DNA of 64,000 nt from a virus (taxonomy: Duplodnaviria; Caudoviricetes). The position numbers and the translations under genes are program-made. Positions 11,049 to 22,249 of this stretch are shown here, piece after piece (the stretch's first letter is position 1; each line of letters opens with the position of its first letter). The notes below the pieces were generated by a model. It was not told where the DNA came from and searched no databases. It saw only the letters and a program-made list of their open reading frames with translations. Where the stretch lies: the IMG/VR virus record IMGVR_UViG_3300031555_001562. One strand, written 5' to 3'.

Positions 11049-11846
11049 TCATTTTTCAAACCAATGCTTTCCTTTGAATTTGTAATCCTTACAAGTATCT
11101 GCTGTTTTGTCTGGATGCCGCTCTTTCTGATCGCAATCCAAAGAACCATGAATTATACATGAATGCGAAATATATCCGCAAAAATGGTCTTCCATACAAT
11201 TCTCGCAGTCATAACACCATCTTTTGCCTTTCTCGGCAGCATTTCGTAAACGCTGAAGAAAATCCAAATATGGTTTATCATGATCTTCATCATAGATCTC
11301 TTCAACAACATAGCACATTGGGACTTCCTCAATGCACCATACATCATTATCTGAACAACCAAATACGTATCCAGTCTCACACATATCATGCGCAGAGACC
11401 TTCAATACAACAGGAGTCTTGTTCCAGCGCTTCGCAGACTTCCATGCCATAGACTCATCTGCCGTCAGATGCACAGCATGGCGGCTCATTTTGCTGATAT
11501 GACCACTCTTCTGAATCTTTCTATATGCCTCCAGAGTAGTTCCGTGATACAGGAAATCAGGCGGAGTCCGATAATCAAGCTCAGGCTCAACCCAGGGGAT
11601 AGAGTGGCCTTGACATGCCTTAATCCTGGAACCGTCTGTATTGAACCGATATCTGCCCTTGTTATCGTTTGCTACTATGTCCTTCAGCTGGCTCAATGTG
11701 ACAGAATAGCTACTGTTTGAATTAATCTTATCAATCAGCTGCGCAACATCCACCCAACCATGTTTATCCATAGACAAGCCAATATCATCCGGTTTGTGCC
11801 GGAGAATGTATGACAGATAGATTGAAATGTCTTTCTTCTTTGCCAT
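11049..11846 (-). CDS. kptA: RNA 2'-phosphotransferase Tpt1/KptA with Cys-rich C-terminal extension
   Basis: LSYILRH, KGRY, IKACQGHS, LYHGT and SRHAVHL motifs; start taken at MAKKKD (11846). Confidence 0.92.
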   Translation of the reverse strand: MAKKKDISIYLSYILRHKPDDIGLSMDKHGWVDVAQLIDKINSNSSYSVTLSQLKDIVANDNKGRYRFNTDGSRIKACQGHSIPWVEPELDYRTPPDFLYHGTTLEAYRKIQKSGHISKMSRHAVHLTADESMAWKSAKRWNKTPVVLKVSAHDMCETGYVFGCSDNDVWCIEEVPMCYVVEEIYDEDHDKPYLDFLQRLRNAAEKGKRWCYDCENCMEDHFCGYISHSCIIHGSLDCDQKERHPDKTADTCKDYKFKGKHWFEK

Positions 11847-14800
11847 GTTATACACCTCTTGGTATATGTATCTTATAATTTCTTGGATGGTAATGAGGAT
11901 AACGGCTGGCGTTGCGCCACATCCATTCATGCGCTGATCTTGAATACAGAGTTTCTTCATCGTACTTCAAGTATTTTTCACCATCACAATATTGCTCATA
12001 TACCGTCCTGGCATCTTTGAACCGTTCTCGCAATGGATCTGAATCGCTTATTTCTGATATCACAAATTTGTGGTCTTCACCAATAATAAACGCAAATGGA
12101 TCATCAAAATCTCTGCGAACAAGATTAATCACCTTCATGGTGTGTACCTCTTCGCAAATTTGTCGAACCAGTCATCACAGTACCATTTCTCAAGAGAATC
12201 CTTATCTTTGATAACTTTATCTTTTACATGGTACGGCGGAACAGGATTCTCAGCATCAACCAGTTCATATCTGGATTCATCTCTGTATCCGACTCTACCG
12301 CAGATCACGCAAACCTTAGTTGCAGACACATTGTAACTTTTGGTTTTGCTGTCAAATAAGCTTCCAAAGTTCCGGTGCAAAAGAACGGTTTCATATTCAT
12401 GCTTATGATCGGCACGAGGCTGACCCTTCTTCTTTGATTTCTTTCTGTGTTTCGGTTCCTCTTTTTCAAGAGGAAAACGTCTTTCGTTCATAATTCCTAC
12501 GTCCTCGCAAACTCAGTTATTACCATATAACTGGCTATAACTTTTCAGTTCCTCACAAGAAATAATCTGAAAATTAGAATATCCATTGTTTTGAAACTGT
12601 TTAATAGCGTACTCTCTTGCCATTTCTTTTGTGTTAGCTTTGACAAGAGTTTTCATTCTTTTCTTATATGTTCTGTCTTTGCACGTTACAACCCAGGATT
12701 TGACCATAAACAAATATCTCCGATTCCGGCAATAAACATTGGCATGATAATAGTTCTGAACCACTCGCTATCACAAACTTCTTTTGTTGTGTAAACATAG
12801 TTCAAACGCCAACCAAGAAAATTCACAGCTCCTGTCTTTATCCAGTCAATGCGCAAAACATTTGTCTCAACAGAATATTCACCAATACCACACTTTATTT
12901 TCAAAGCATCAGGAGCTAACTTACTTATGAAATCTTGCGCTTCTTGCAATGTGTCACAGATAACAGCAACCCGAATTTTCTGTATCACTTTGTAGCTTCC
13001 TTTTTCTTGTCTTCTCCGAAGATCCATCTCCATTTTCTATTGTGCATTTCCGTCAACAGTAATAGTAATTGGGCAAATGGCGGAATCTTTTTGTATCCCA
13101 TTTTTATCACGTCTTTCTTCAAGTAACTTGATCCGACAATCAATTATATGTCTAAGTTCTTCTTCAGTAGATTCAGCCGTACAGGACATATGCACAATGA
13201 ATTCTCCGTCTTTAGTAATGATTATGTGGTAGCAATATGGATCCATAACAGCGGTATATCCTCTGTGATTAACTACCAAAGATGGTTTATAGAGTCTGTC
13301 ATCCTCTACGCCAAATCCATGAAATTTTTCAAATTCACTGCCTTCAATACACTCCCAACACGGGATGTTATTGCCAATTGCATAGTTGTATGAACAATCG
13401 CAACACAACTTTTTTCGCCAAGTGAGTTTCCAAATAACCTTTTTAATACCATCAATTATTTTCATTGTTCCACCATTGTTGCCCTGGATGTTGACCGATC
13501 ATTCTTGCACCGCAGCTTGAGCAATAATGAAGCCCAAGATCATCGATTGGATCATAGTCGTCACAGCATTCAGCGTGACCGCAAGCTCCACATTTCCATT
13601 CGTCTGAATCATCGGTCTGATACCATTCAGCTTCAATTAGCGGAACAAGCTTTGTATTTGCTGCTTTATTGAGCATATCTTCAAAAGAATACTCATTGCC
13701 ATTATGTAGAAACGCAAGTCGATCTTTATAGATAATCAGCGCATTCTTATCGTCACCAATAACAAATGCGTCTCTTTCTTCATCGACACAGATATTGCCG
13801 ATTCTCATATCAGATGATACCCTCTCTTTTCATAAGATTCTCTTGGGCGGACAACACATTGCGCAAAGCTTCATGTATCAGATCGACGGTTCCATCGTCC
13901 TCTTCATACCTGAAATTATTGCACATGTCACTGAATACTCTTGACAACACTTCATGCGCAACTTTGACCCTTACCAATCGTTCTGCATTATTCACCTGAG
14001 CGCCCTCTTGATTCTTTCGAGTAACCGGTACTCAAACTTCTTGCAAGGGCATCCACCACCTAAATTCCTCATAGATCCATCCAGGGAGCAGATTACCTTA
14101 TCTGAAAATTGGGTACATTTGCTGTAGTATTTGCATTTATCGGGGTCTGGATAGTAAACTCTTCGTACACTCTTACCCATAAAATTCCTCTTTCTTTATT
14201 CGAACAGATCTTCCGATTCACGATAAAATCATTCTTTCATTCTCGTTGTCTGATTCTCAAGAATTAATTTCTTCTTTGTGCCATCGTTGTAACAGACAAA
14301 GATTTGAGTATCCGGATCATCGAGATATACATTGAACAGATAATAGACATCATCTTTATCCTGGGTATCCACCTCGATAATTCGTTTTGGTGAATTTGTT
14401 CCATGATAGTTTTCTGGAACATGCAACTCATAGTGCGTTCTAACTCTCATTGCATCCTCCCGAAAAATCCCACTCATAGCTTCCGCATATATCTGCCATG
14501 CAGCCATCTTGAATGATGTTACAAAGTGTTCTAACCGAGCATTGCTTCTCATTGACATATGAGAATACATCTGGATTCTTCTTACACACATTTGTGTTTA
14601 GAAGTCTTGATTTGATAGAATCAAATTCAGATACAAAACGCTCATAGTTTACCTTGATTCTATAGTGATTATTGATACAATAGCATCCGGCAACAGTAGG
14701 GATCCTTTGTACTTCCTTTTCAATTACCAGGCCGCAAGTATCTTCCAATATTTTCTTGAATGGCTTCTTAGACTGAAACCATTCCCAGTCATACGTAGGT

Positions 14801-15112
14801 TTCTTCATAACTCACCCATAGAAATTACATTTGCCTTTGTCTCCGCCACATGAACATAATTCTCGTTCTTTGGTTCCATAGCAAACGGTCTTTCCATATT
14901 CCTCATGAAAACAGTCGCATTTCTTATTAACCGGGGACACAATAGCCAACGCTACCTCCAGAATCTCCGGTTCCAGATCTGCATACTGTTCGACGATTTC
15001 CTGTGCAAATTTCAGCGAATGATAGATCTTCGCTTTACGCAGCTGTTTATCAAAATACTTGTAACCACACCAGAACAAACCGTTACTGGTTCTGATTACG
15101 TACATTTTCTTA

Positions 15113-15619
15113 TCAGCCATTTTCACACTTCCTTACAATCCTGGGCAAAGCAACAAATGATGCAATCACATCAGACAGCTTATAGTCCATCGTATCGATC
15201 TGAAGGATTTCAAAACCGACTGTGTTCATAAGCTCTTTGATGTTTTCTTCGTATCTGTCTTTTGCGTTCATCATTGCCTTGTAGTCTTTTACCAGCCCGG
15301 TATCCTGATAGCGCTTTTCCAGCTTTTCAATCCACTGATCCTTCAGCCTAGGACTAGGGCAAACGATCACTAATCTGGCCTGATCTGCATGGAAAGACAG
15401 ATAGTTTCTTACACACTCATGTGATGACACAAACACGGTGTAGCCCTGTTCAGACAAATTCATTGCGATATTGCAATAGGGAATATACCAATCATTCTGG
15501 CGAACACCATTGACAAAGAAATTACTGCTTTCCAGATCAATGAATCCGTTTCCGTTCTTTGCCAGAGTAGACTTACCGATTCCCTGGTAGCCAACAATAA
15601 TCATTGTTATACCTCTCAA
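15113..15619 (-). CDS. P-loop nucleotide kinase-like protein
   Basis: GYQGIGKST Walker A followed by IDLESS. Confidence 0.65.
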   Translation of the reverse strand: MRGITMIIVGYQGIGKSTLAKNGNGFIDLESSNFFVNGVRQNDWYIPYCNIAMNLSEQGYTVFVSSHECVRNYLSFHADQARLVIVCPSPRLKDQWIEKLEKRYQDTGLVKDYKAMMNAKDRYEENIKELMNTVGFEILQIDTMDYKLSDVIASFVALPRIVRKCENG

Positions 15620-17024
15620 TCAACTTGGCAAAAGCATGTATCAAAGTCGCCAGCATCATCTCTAAGCTTTTCAATGGCGACGATCAACATGGTATCCATT
15701 CCTGCATTGCCGGAATCAAGAACCTCATCTCTTGCTGCTTTGAATCTTTCTTCCCCAAGCGCCTTCTTAATACCCTCATATAAGTGAGTATAGTAGCCCT
15801 GATAGTTCACCGACGTTTCAATGAACTTAATTGCTGCTTCAAACGGCTTTCTGCATGCTTCCCACTGCCCAGTTGACAGCATTGAAGTCATAATTTTTGA
15901 AGCATCCTTCAACATAGTTTCGTTATGTATCATTTGAATCTTTTTCCTCTATGTAAAAGATATTTGCATCTTCACGATTACAAATTAAGAACAAGATCAT
16001 GCTCTCAAGATCTCCATCTGGATCGCCCCAATCAAAACAACCATCATGTTCTTTAACAAAATCGATCATATCCTCAACAAGACCAGAGAAATGTTCGCAC
16101 TCTTCTGCACCAGTTGCTTGCGATACCCACAAATCATAACTGTGTGCTTCCTGTCTTAGTCTCGGTTCCAACTCTGTACGAATACGGAAATCAAGGGATG
16201 AATTTTCGTCCTTCGCCTTGTCTAGCTGTAATTCCAGGTTTGCACAACGCATACGAGATTGTTCAAGTTTCCACTTTAGATCTTCTATGTAGCTTTCATC
16301 AACTTCAATCATTCTTCCCGCGGTTGCATCATCCTCGTTCCGTTTTCTCTTACTTTCTTGTGAAAGATAATCATGTCCGCAAGCTTGATTGCAGTCTGAA
16401 TAGCCTTTCTTTGGTTTTCGTTTTTTGCCATACTCAGGAGATGACTATCTGGATCAAACATCCATAATGCCGTATTTTTGTCTTGATTCTTCATGTAGTA
16501 ACATTGCGGCTTCCAGTTGGTCTTTTGTGACCAGATTCTCTAGCGGTATACTATTGAACTTATCGATAGCTCTTTCCATCCAATCGTGTTCACAGTCTAT
16601 CTCTTTGATAAACATCTTATATGCAGCCAACATATCATCGGCGCAGATCATCCAATTCCAACCATTATACTCAGCGCAAAAACTGAAACCATTGTGCTTT
16701 CTCTTCAAGTTATTCTCTCTAAGCTCTTTCTTAGAGAAAACCATCTTCTCTTCTCTTAGGATAGCTCCACGGCGCAATACCTCTCTGCGCCATCTCATTG
16801 CAATTTTCTTTCTCATTTTCAATCCCTATACCACAAACCGTCAAATGAATCATCGACACACTGTTTCTTCAGGCAACAAGGACAAATCAAGTAATCGACT
16901 GCCCTTCGCTTCCTGCCAGTCCTGACCATGATTCCGCCGGAAGTCACATATTCTTCTTCTGTGAACCAGACAGGTTCATATTCGACTCCACATTCGTCGC
17001 ATATGCCATAGTCATTCGATTTCA

Positions 17025-18158
17025 TCAACATAACTCACCCGGAAACAAATCCCTGATATCGATCTCTTCTCTTGCCAAGCAAGTGTCCTTGATAAAGACA
17101 GTCTCGTTTTCGTATTCCGTGTACTCTGTTGCCAGATACCGGGTGAACACAAAACCATTGTTGACCAAATCAATAGCATCCTTTACAGAATACCAGTGCA
17201 TCAGGTCTTCCTTATGGGAGCAAGAGCTGAACCAATTTCTGCCGCCAGCATGATATCTGGGATCATAATCCATAGGAAGATCTTTGGTCTCACACTCAGG
17301 CAGCTTGCCGATTCCCCAAACCAGCTTATTGTCTGCGTTATACCACAGGCCATTGTCCGGAGACTTGCTTTCCAGTCTGTACAGCCACTTTAGTGTACGA
17401 TTCACATCGAACTCAACACGGCTAAATACTTCACCCATCTCTTCATGGAATACCAAACTTGCATAGCTATCCATAGAAGTCGTATCTCTGTTCACAATGA
17501 CGAGTTTTCTGGGTGGAACATAGCTAATCATTCCGGCGGCAGGCCATACACTTAATGAAGTGCCGCACACAATTACCAGATCCGCATTGCGCAGATGATC
17601 GGTTGCATTGTTCCATGCTTGCCAGGGAAGATTTTCTCCATAAAGAGTAACGTCAGGACGAATCTTGCCGCCACATTCACAACGAGGAATAGATTCACCG
17701 GATTCAAAGATATGATTTGAATCGTATTCTTTCATGCAGTCTTCACAATAATTCTTCCTTGTGGTTCCATGAATTTCATCAACGACTGTACTTCCGGCCT
17801 TTCCATGCAGATCATCAATATTCTGCGTGACAACTGAAACGACCTTGCCGTGCCGTTCCAACTCTGCCATCAGATAATGTGCAATGTTGGGATTAACAGT
17901 GCGACAATCCAACTTCTGCCGATAGAATTCATAAAATACGTTTGGATTATTTTGCAGACATTCTCTGCTCAAAAGATACTCAGGAGAAAATGCTTCAAAC
18001 TGGATATCATTCTGATTGTATAGGCCGTCTTTGCTGCGGAAATCAGGAATGCCACTTTCGGTTGACACACCGGCTCCGCTGAAGAACACAATCCTTTTGC
18101 TGGCAGCTACCAGCTTATTCAGTTCTTCGATTCTCTTTTCAAATGATTCTCGATTCAT
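17025..18158 (-). CDS. Sir2/CobB NAD-dependent deacylase fused to a ~120-aa C-terminal domain
   Basis: GAGVSTESGIPDFRS, TQNIDDLH, IHG, CxxC...CxC, RPDVTLYGE and GTSL motifs; start taken at MNRESF. Confidence 0.92.
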   Translation of the reverse strand: MNRESFEKRIEELNKLVAASKRIVFFSGAGVSTESGIPDFRSKDGLYNQNDIQFEAFSPEYLLSRECLQNNPNVFYEFYRQKLDCRTVNPNIAHYLMAELERHGKVVSVVTQNIDDLHGKAGSTVVDEIHGTTRKNYCEDCMKEYDSNHIFESGESIPRCECGGKIRPDVTLYGENLPWQAWNNATDHLRNADLVIVCGTSLSVWPAAGMISYVPPRKLVIVNRDTTSMDSYASLVFHEEMGEVFSRVEFDVNRTLKWLYRLESKSPDNGLWYNADNKLVWGIGKLPECETKDLPMDYDPRYHAGGRNWFSSCSHKEDLMHWYSVKDAIDLVNNGFVFTRYLATEYTEYENETVFIKDTCLAREEIDIRDLFPGELC

Positions 18159-18160
18159 AA

Positions 18161-18925
18161 TCAAACAATCCTCACAATACTTTCGTACAGAATATTGAAC
18201 TTGCCCATAATCTGCGTGTTTAAGTGGTAATGTCCACAATACCACTTTGTAAACTTCAAACCATTGCGCAACAGTGTATTGAAGAATAACGTGATCGTGT
18301 CTGGTTCCCTGAAACCAAGCATAGAGCATACTTCCTGCGGAAGACAATGAGTGATTACATAGTCAACTTTGTACCCACGTTCACTCAAGGTCTTCAACCC
18401 GAAGTCCATCTCTTCTTGACTAGGTAGTTCTTCCTTCCACCAGGAAATGTGGTTGATCCTGAACATTCGCCGCCACCACTGATAGATCTTTATGATCTTC
18501 TTGAACTCTTTGTCGGTCTGATAGTCGTCACGATCCAGAATACCATCTTTGATATCGTGACAACTTGCGCCCCCGAAAGCAAAGAACTTCTTACCTTCGA
18601 AATTGAATACATAGCCACGCATAAGATGGTAGATATTGTCTCTGATCTTGTGTGCCTTGCCACCGTGGAAGTCAACAATCTCAAACTCGTTATAGAGTCT
18701 ATCGAAGTTTTCGTGATTGCCATCCACAAAACAGATCGTGAAGCTCTTCTGTGATAGCCAGTTCAGCCAATACCGTTCTTCTTCAGTATCAGCCCAAACT
18801 CCGCCGAAGTCTCCGCAAATGATAACTATGTCATCTCTGGTTAGTTTCTTTTGAAGAGGAAACCGTTTTCTATTGAAACGGTGAAAGTCTGCATGGCAAT
18901 CGCCTGTAACGAACACCATAGTCAT
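18161..18925 (-). CDS. Calcineurin-like metallophosphoesterase
   Basis: GDCH, GDFG, DGNHE, THC and GHYH motifs. Confidence 0.9.
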   Translation of the reverse strand: MTMVFVTGDCHADFHRFNRKRFPLQKKLTRDDIVIICGDFGGVWADTEEERYWLNWLSQKSFTICFVDGNHENFDRLYNEFEIVDFHGGKAHKIRDNIYHLMRGYVFNFEGKKFFAFGGASCHDIKDGILDRDDYQTDKEFKKIIKIYQWWRRMFRINHISWWKEELPSQEEMDFGLKTLSERGYKVDYVITHCLPQEVCSMLGFREPDTITLFFNTLLRNGLKFTKWYCGHYHLNTQIMGKFNILYESIVRIV

Positions 18926-18929
18926 ACAC

Positions 18930-19424
18930 CTACTTTCTTACCAGTTCAGCCGGACAGAAGATGACTTCTTTGCCGATAGACTTCGCATACTGAATTGTCT
19001 TATAGACTCCTCCAGCGTTGATTCCATCGAAGATTGCAATCAGCTTGTCGCAATTGTCAACCATGTATCTATCACGATCATCGTCGCACGTAGAACACCA
19101 GTTCTCATGCATGAAGATTCTTTCATCAGATGCATCGATGATTTCTCTTCTCCATAACAAATAACGTTTGTCTTTTGATTTGCTACCATATCCGTTGCAC
19201 GGGAAAACAAGGCGCAAATCCATATTGATGCCGCTTTCTTTGATCTCTTTGACAGCCAGAGCAAACAGCATATCACTTCCGCTTGCCATTCCGGAATAGG
19301 CAACTGTGCAGCCATTTTGCACCAGAGTGGTCTTAATCCACTCAGAGATCTTCTGCCATTTACCATTCTTTAGATTGTTGCCAAATAGTCTTTGCGGTCT
19401 ATGTCCAGTTAGTGCAATTTTCAT
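18930..19424 (-). CDS. SLOG family protein (YspA/DUF1273-like)
   Basis: ALTGHRP, SGMASGSD, RDRYMVD and GGVYKTIQYA motifs. Confidence 0.85.
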   Translation of the reverse strand: MKIALTGHRPQRLFGNNLKNGKWQKISEWIKTTLVQNGCTVAYSGMASGSDMLFALAVKEIKESGINMDLRLVFPCNGYGSKSKDKRYLLWRREIIDASDERIFMHENWCSTCDDDRDRYMVDNCDKLIAIFDGINAGGVYKTIQYAKSIGKEVIFCPAELVRK

Positions 19425-19765
19425 AACTTTCCCATCATAACTGCGTATGCCATTGCAAGTTTCATCCTGCGCAGATCCACATCTTCTGGATCACTCATGA
19501 ACACTTGGGATGTACCCATATCAATGGTCATATAGCATACTTCGTTTTCACCAAGCAACTTGGCGACTCGCAGCTTTTCACCGTAGTCGGTATATTTCAG
19601 ATCCCAAAGACAGCCTTCCTGCTTAGGAGGGCTATTTTGATTCAATTCAACAGCTAGAATCTTCGCAAGATTATTCATTTGCTCTAATACAGCCTCTTCG
19701 GAATCCGCATCCATCATTCCCAAGATTGCTTCCAACTTCTTATCTTTCATTGATTACCTCTAACA

Positions 19766-19796
19766 CAAAAATAGGGAGTAGTTTCCCACTCCCTAT
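19766..19796 (-). terminator. Rho-independent terminator
   Basis: Minus strand ATAGGGAGT-loop-ACTCCCTAT followed by TTTTGTGTT. Confidence 0.7.
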
Positions 19797-19808
19797 CGTG
19801 TAAACATA

Positions 19809-20531
19809 TTAGCCTACCGCTTCATCGGAAGTTCCGTTGATATTGCTGAATGCACGCTGGATAGCGGCAGATAGGATGTTGATCTGATCTTCACGCTTTG
19901 CGGCAGCACGCTTGGCGCTCTTCTCACGCTTCTTTGCAAGCTTGCGCTCACGTCTTGCTTTCTCTTCCGCTGCTTCACGAGCCTTAGTCTCTTCAGCCTT
20001 GATACGGTTCTTATAGACCTTCAGGCCACGATCAATGACCTTGTTGTACAGAGAGCTGCCGTGTCCGGTTCCGTGATCCAGCAGATGCTTAGTAACGCAG
20101 ACGGAAATACCCTGTTCCAGAGAGAATTCATCGTTGTCGCACAGGACTGCTTTCTGCGTAGAACCGTCTCCAAATGTAACGACAACAACCTTTTTCTCGC
20201 CGCCGTTCTCAATGACGGAAACATCTACGATATCGTTCATCAGGAACTTGACTTCTCCGACATAACCCTTGCCATCTGCAATATCGGCATACAGATTGAT
20301 TTTGCCGCCAATTCCAGTAGATGATCTTACAACGGTCTTTGCCTTGCGTGGCATTTCTCTCTTTTCCCGCTGACCAAAAACCATAGGGAAAATGCCATTT
20401 GATCTCAGCGCATCCAGATCAATTTCTGCTCCGCTGGCGAAATGAAGTACTTCTCCGACTGGCGCAGGGCAACCATAAGCCTTATTCTCGCCGGAAACAA
20501 CGTCTGCCTTAACAGAAAAAGTTTCGCTCAT
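19809..20531 (-). CDS. Hypothetical phage protein with basic coiled-coil C-terminus
   Basis: Long ORF with RBS; DEFSLEQGISVC segment and K/R/E/A-rich tail. Confidence 0.6.
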   Translation of the reverse strand: MSETFSVKADVVSGENKAYGCPAPVGEVLHFASGAEIDLDALRSNGIFPMVFGQREKREMPRKAKTVVRSSTGIGGKINLYADIADGKGYVGEVKFLMNDIVDVSVIENGGEKKVVVVTFGDGSTQKAVLCDNDEFSLEQGISVCVTKHLLDHGTGHGSSLYNKVIDRGLKVYKNRIKAEETKAREAAEEKARRERKLAKKREKSAKRAAAKREDQINILSAAIQRAFSNINGTSDEAVG

Positions 20532-20623
20532 TTTGATTTACCTCGTATGTAGCTTTTATATATCATCAAGATATGCATTCGGCGGATCCCTTAGCTGTGA
20601 CCGTTTGCATATCTTGTTGTTTT

Positions 20624-20710
20624 TGGTACTGGCGATGGGACTTGAACCCATAATGTGCTAACACCAGTGGTACTTGAGGCCACCGTGTATACCAATTCCA
20701 CCACGCCAGC
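20624..20710 (-). tRNA. tRNA-Leu(CAA)
   Basis: Cloverleaf with long variable arm, anticodon loop CTCAAGT, T-loop GTTCAAGTCC, encoded CCA. Confidence 0.9.
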
Positions 20711-20718
20711 ATATTTGT

Positions 20719-20865
20719 TTATTCGTTCTTATTGGTAGGACATTCATTCCTGCCAATGGTTTCATCGTCAGTAGAAACCGTATGAGTCGGCAAGTCGATT
20801 TCACCACGCTCATAAGCTAATGCTTCTTCTAACGCTTGTTTTAGTTCATCAAAGAATTTACTCAT
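20719..20865 (-). CDS. 48-aa peptide resembling the toxin-binding N-terminus of HigA2-type antitoxins, lacking the HTH
   Basis: Manual translation: MSKFFDELKQALEEALAYERGEIDLPTHTVSTDDETIGRNECPTNKNE. Confidence 0.55.
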   Translation of the reverse strand: MSKFFDELKQALEEALAYERGEIDLPTHTVSTDDETIGRNECPTNKNE

Positions 20866-21086
20866 ACTTTTGATTCATGAAATAGTTGTTTTATTGCACC
20901 TCTGTGCAAGAGATCGGACGCACATTAAAGTAACCATCATCACTCAGCTGGCGAATTGCTCCACGGATTGCATTGCCAGACTTGTTAGATTCGATAATCA
21001 CTTCTCTGATCTCTTCCGCACGCATATTAACTTCGCAGTGAACTCTGAATAGTTTTCTCATAGTTGCCTCCGATCTTTGTTTGAAA

Positions 21087-21560
21087 CAACCTCTACTCCA
21101 AACCAGTAGCAATCAACTCTACTCTATACCTGACACCGTTGGTTGGTCATCATAGCCACTCCGCATCCTTTTTCCCTCGAATGAGAACCCTTAGCCGAAG
21201 TAGAGGTTGCCGTACACGCATTTCCGATATTCACCTTGTAGCTTGCTCACTGACGCACAATGTCAGCTACCGGATCAGCTAATGTACTATCTTTGTTCAA
21301 CATGCCACAATCTTCTATTCCGCCCACCATTGTGCTTACATCCGATTTAACGTATCGGTAGGGCTATAACGCTGTATGAACATCTGATACGTATCAGCAC
21401 GGGCAGCGGATATATCATTTCACCGATTGCCAGGTTTGGCTTCCCTTATTCATACAGAGCATTGTAAGAAACCTTCAGCCATAGGAGCAGTTTCCGTGTG
21501 TCGGACTAACGACATGTGTCCTTGTTGGTTCGCCGCCTATATTCACATCTACAACACTTC
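21087..21560 (-). ncRNA. Large structured ncRNA candidate (~480 nt, possibly ROOL-like)
   Basis: No convincing ORF; directly 3' of tRNA-Gly. Long-range complementary pairs: CAACCTCTACT (21087-97)/AGTAGAGGTTG (21199-209), CTGTATGAA/TTCATACAG and GTAGCT/AGCTAC. Confidence 0.5.
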
Positions 21561-21561
21561 A

Positions 21562-21636
21562 TGGAGTGGCATACGAGACTCGAACTCGCAACATCCAGAG
21601 TGGAGGTCTGGCGCTCTACCATTGAACTAATGCCAC
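21562..21636 (-). tRNA. tRNA-Gly(TCC) with atypical C33
   Basis: Anticodon arm CCAGA-CCTCCAC-TCTGG, U73 discriminator, CCA. Confidence 0.85.
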
Positions 21637-21731
21637 GTATTGCCCGACCAGTTTGGGCTGGACGCATAAGCGTTGCACATTACGGGCTGTGCGTTAAAAA
21701 GGAGCAAACAAAATGAAAATTCCCAAGCGGG

Positions 21732-21807
21732 TGGTCTGAGTAGCCGGACTTGAACCGGCAGCCTCATGAACCCAAATCATGCCGTCTACCAATTGACCTA
21801 TACCCAG
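21732..21807 (-). tRNA. tRNA-Pro(TGG)
   Basis: Anticodon arm CATGA-TTTGGGT-TCATG, CCA end. Confidence 0.92.
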
Positions 21808-21848
21808 ATGAAATGGGGATATGTTTCAATCCCCAATATTCATTTGTT

Positions 21849-22244
21849 TTAGTCCAGGCTGTTGCGCATTGCCAGCAGCTCTTCGACGCTCATGTTCTGA
21901 AGCGCCTCATCCTGCTTTGCGGCGATGATCTCATCGATTCTGCGCTGCTGTTCCTTGTTGGCGGCGGCAGTAGCCTTCTGCTTTGCCTCTTCCTGCTTGA
22001 CCGCAACGATGTACTTGATGATCTCGATCTTGGCTTCCAGCTCTGCATCTGCGGCGGACTTGGTTGCCAGCAGACTCTCTTCCTTGGCCTGTTTTGCCTC
22101 TGCGTTCAGTGCCTTGAAGATAGTGTCCAGATTCTTGACGGACAGATCCCACAGATCTTCAACGGAAATCTGACCCTTGAAGGGGAATCTGAACTTGCAA
22201 CGGGTAGCCATTACGAACAAAGTGTTCATATCCATATCTTTCAT
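21849..22244 (-). CDS. Phage coiled-coil protein, probable partner of the 703-aa protein
   Basis: ATRCKFRFPFKGQISVEDLWDL N-terminus, helical C-terminus; 5 nt downstream of the large gene. Confidence 0.7.
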   Translation of the reverse strand: MKDMDMNTLFVMATRCKFRFPFKGQISVEDLWDLSVKNLDTIFKALNAEAKQAKEESLLATKSAADAELEAKIEIIKYIVAVKQEEAKQKATAAANKEQQRRIDEIIAAKQDEALQNMSVEELLAMRNSLD

Positions 22245-22249
22245 TCTCC

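Noticed and set aside
9561-17031. Functional calls for the many short minus-strand ORFs
   Set aside because: Probably real phage genes given their tight packing, but no family motif could be recognised, so they were left unannotated.
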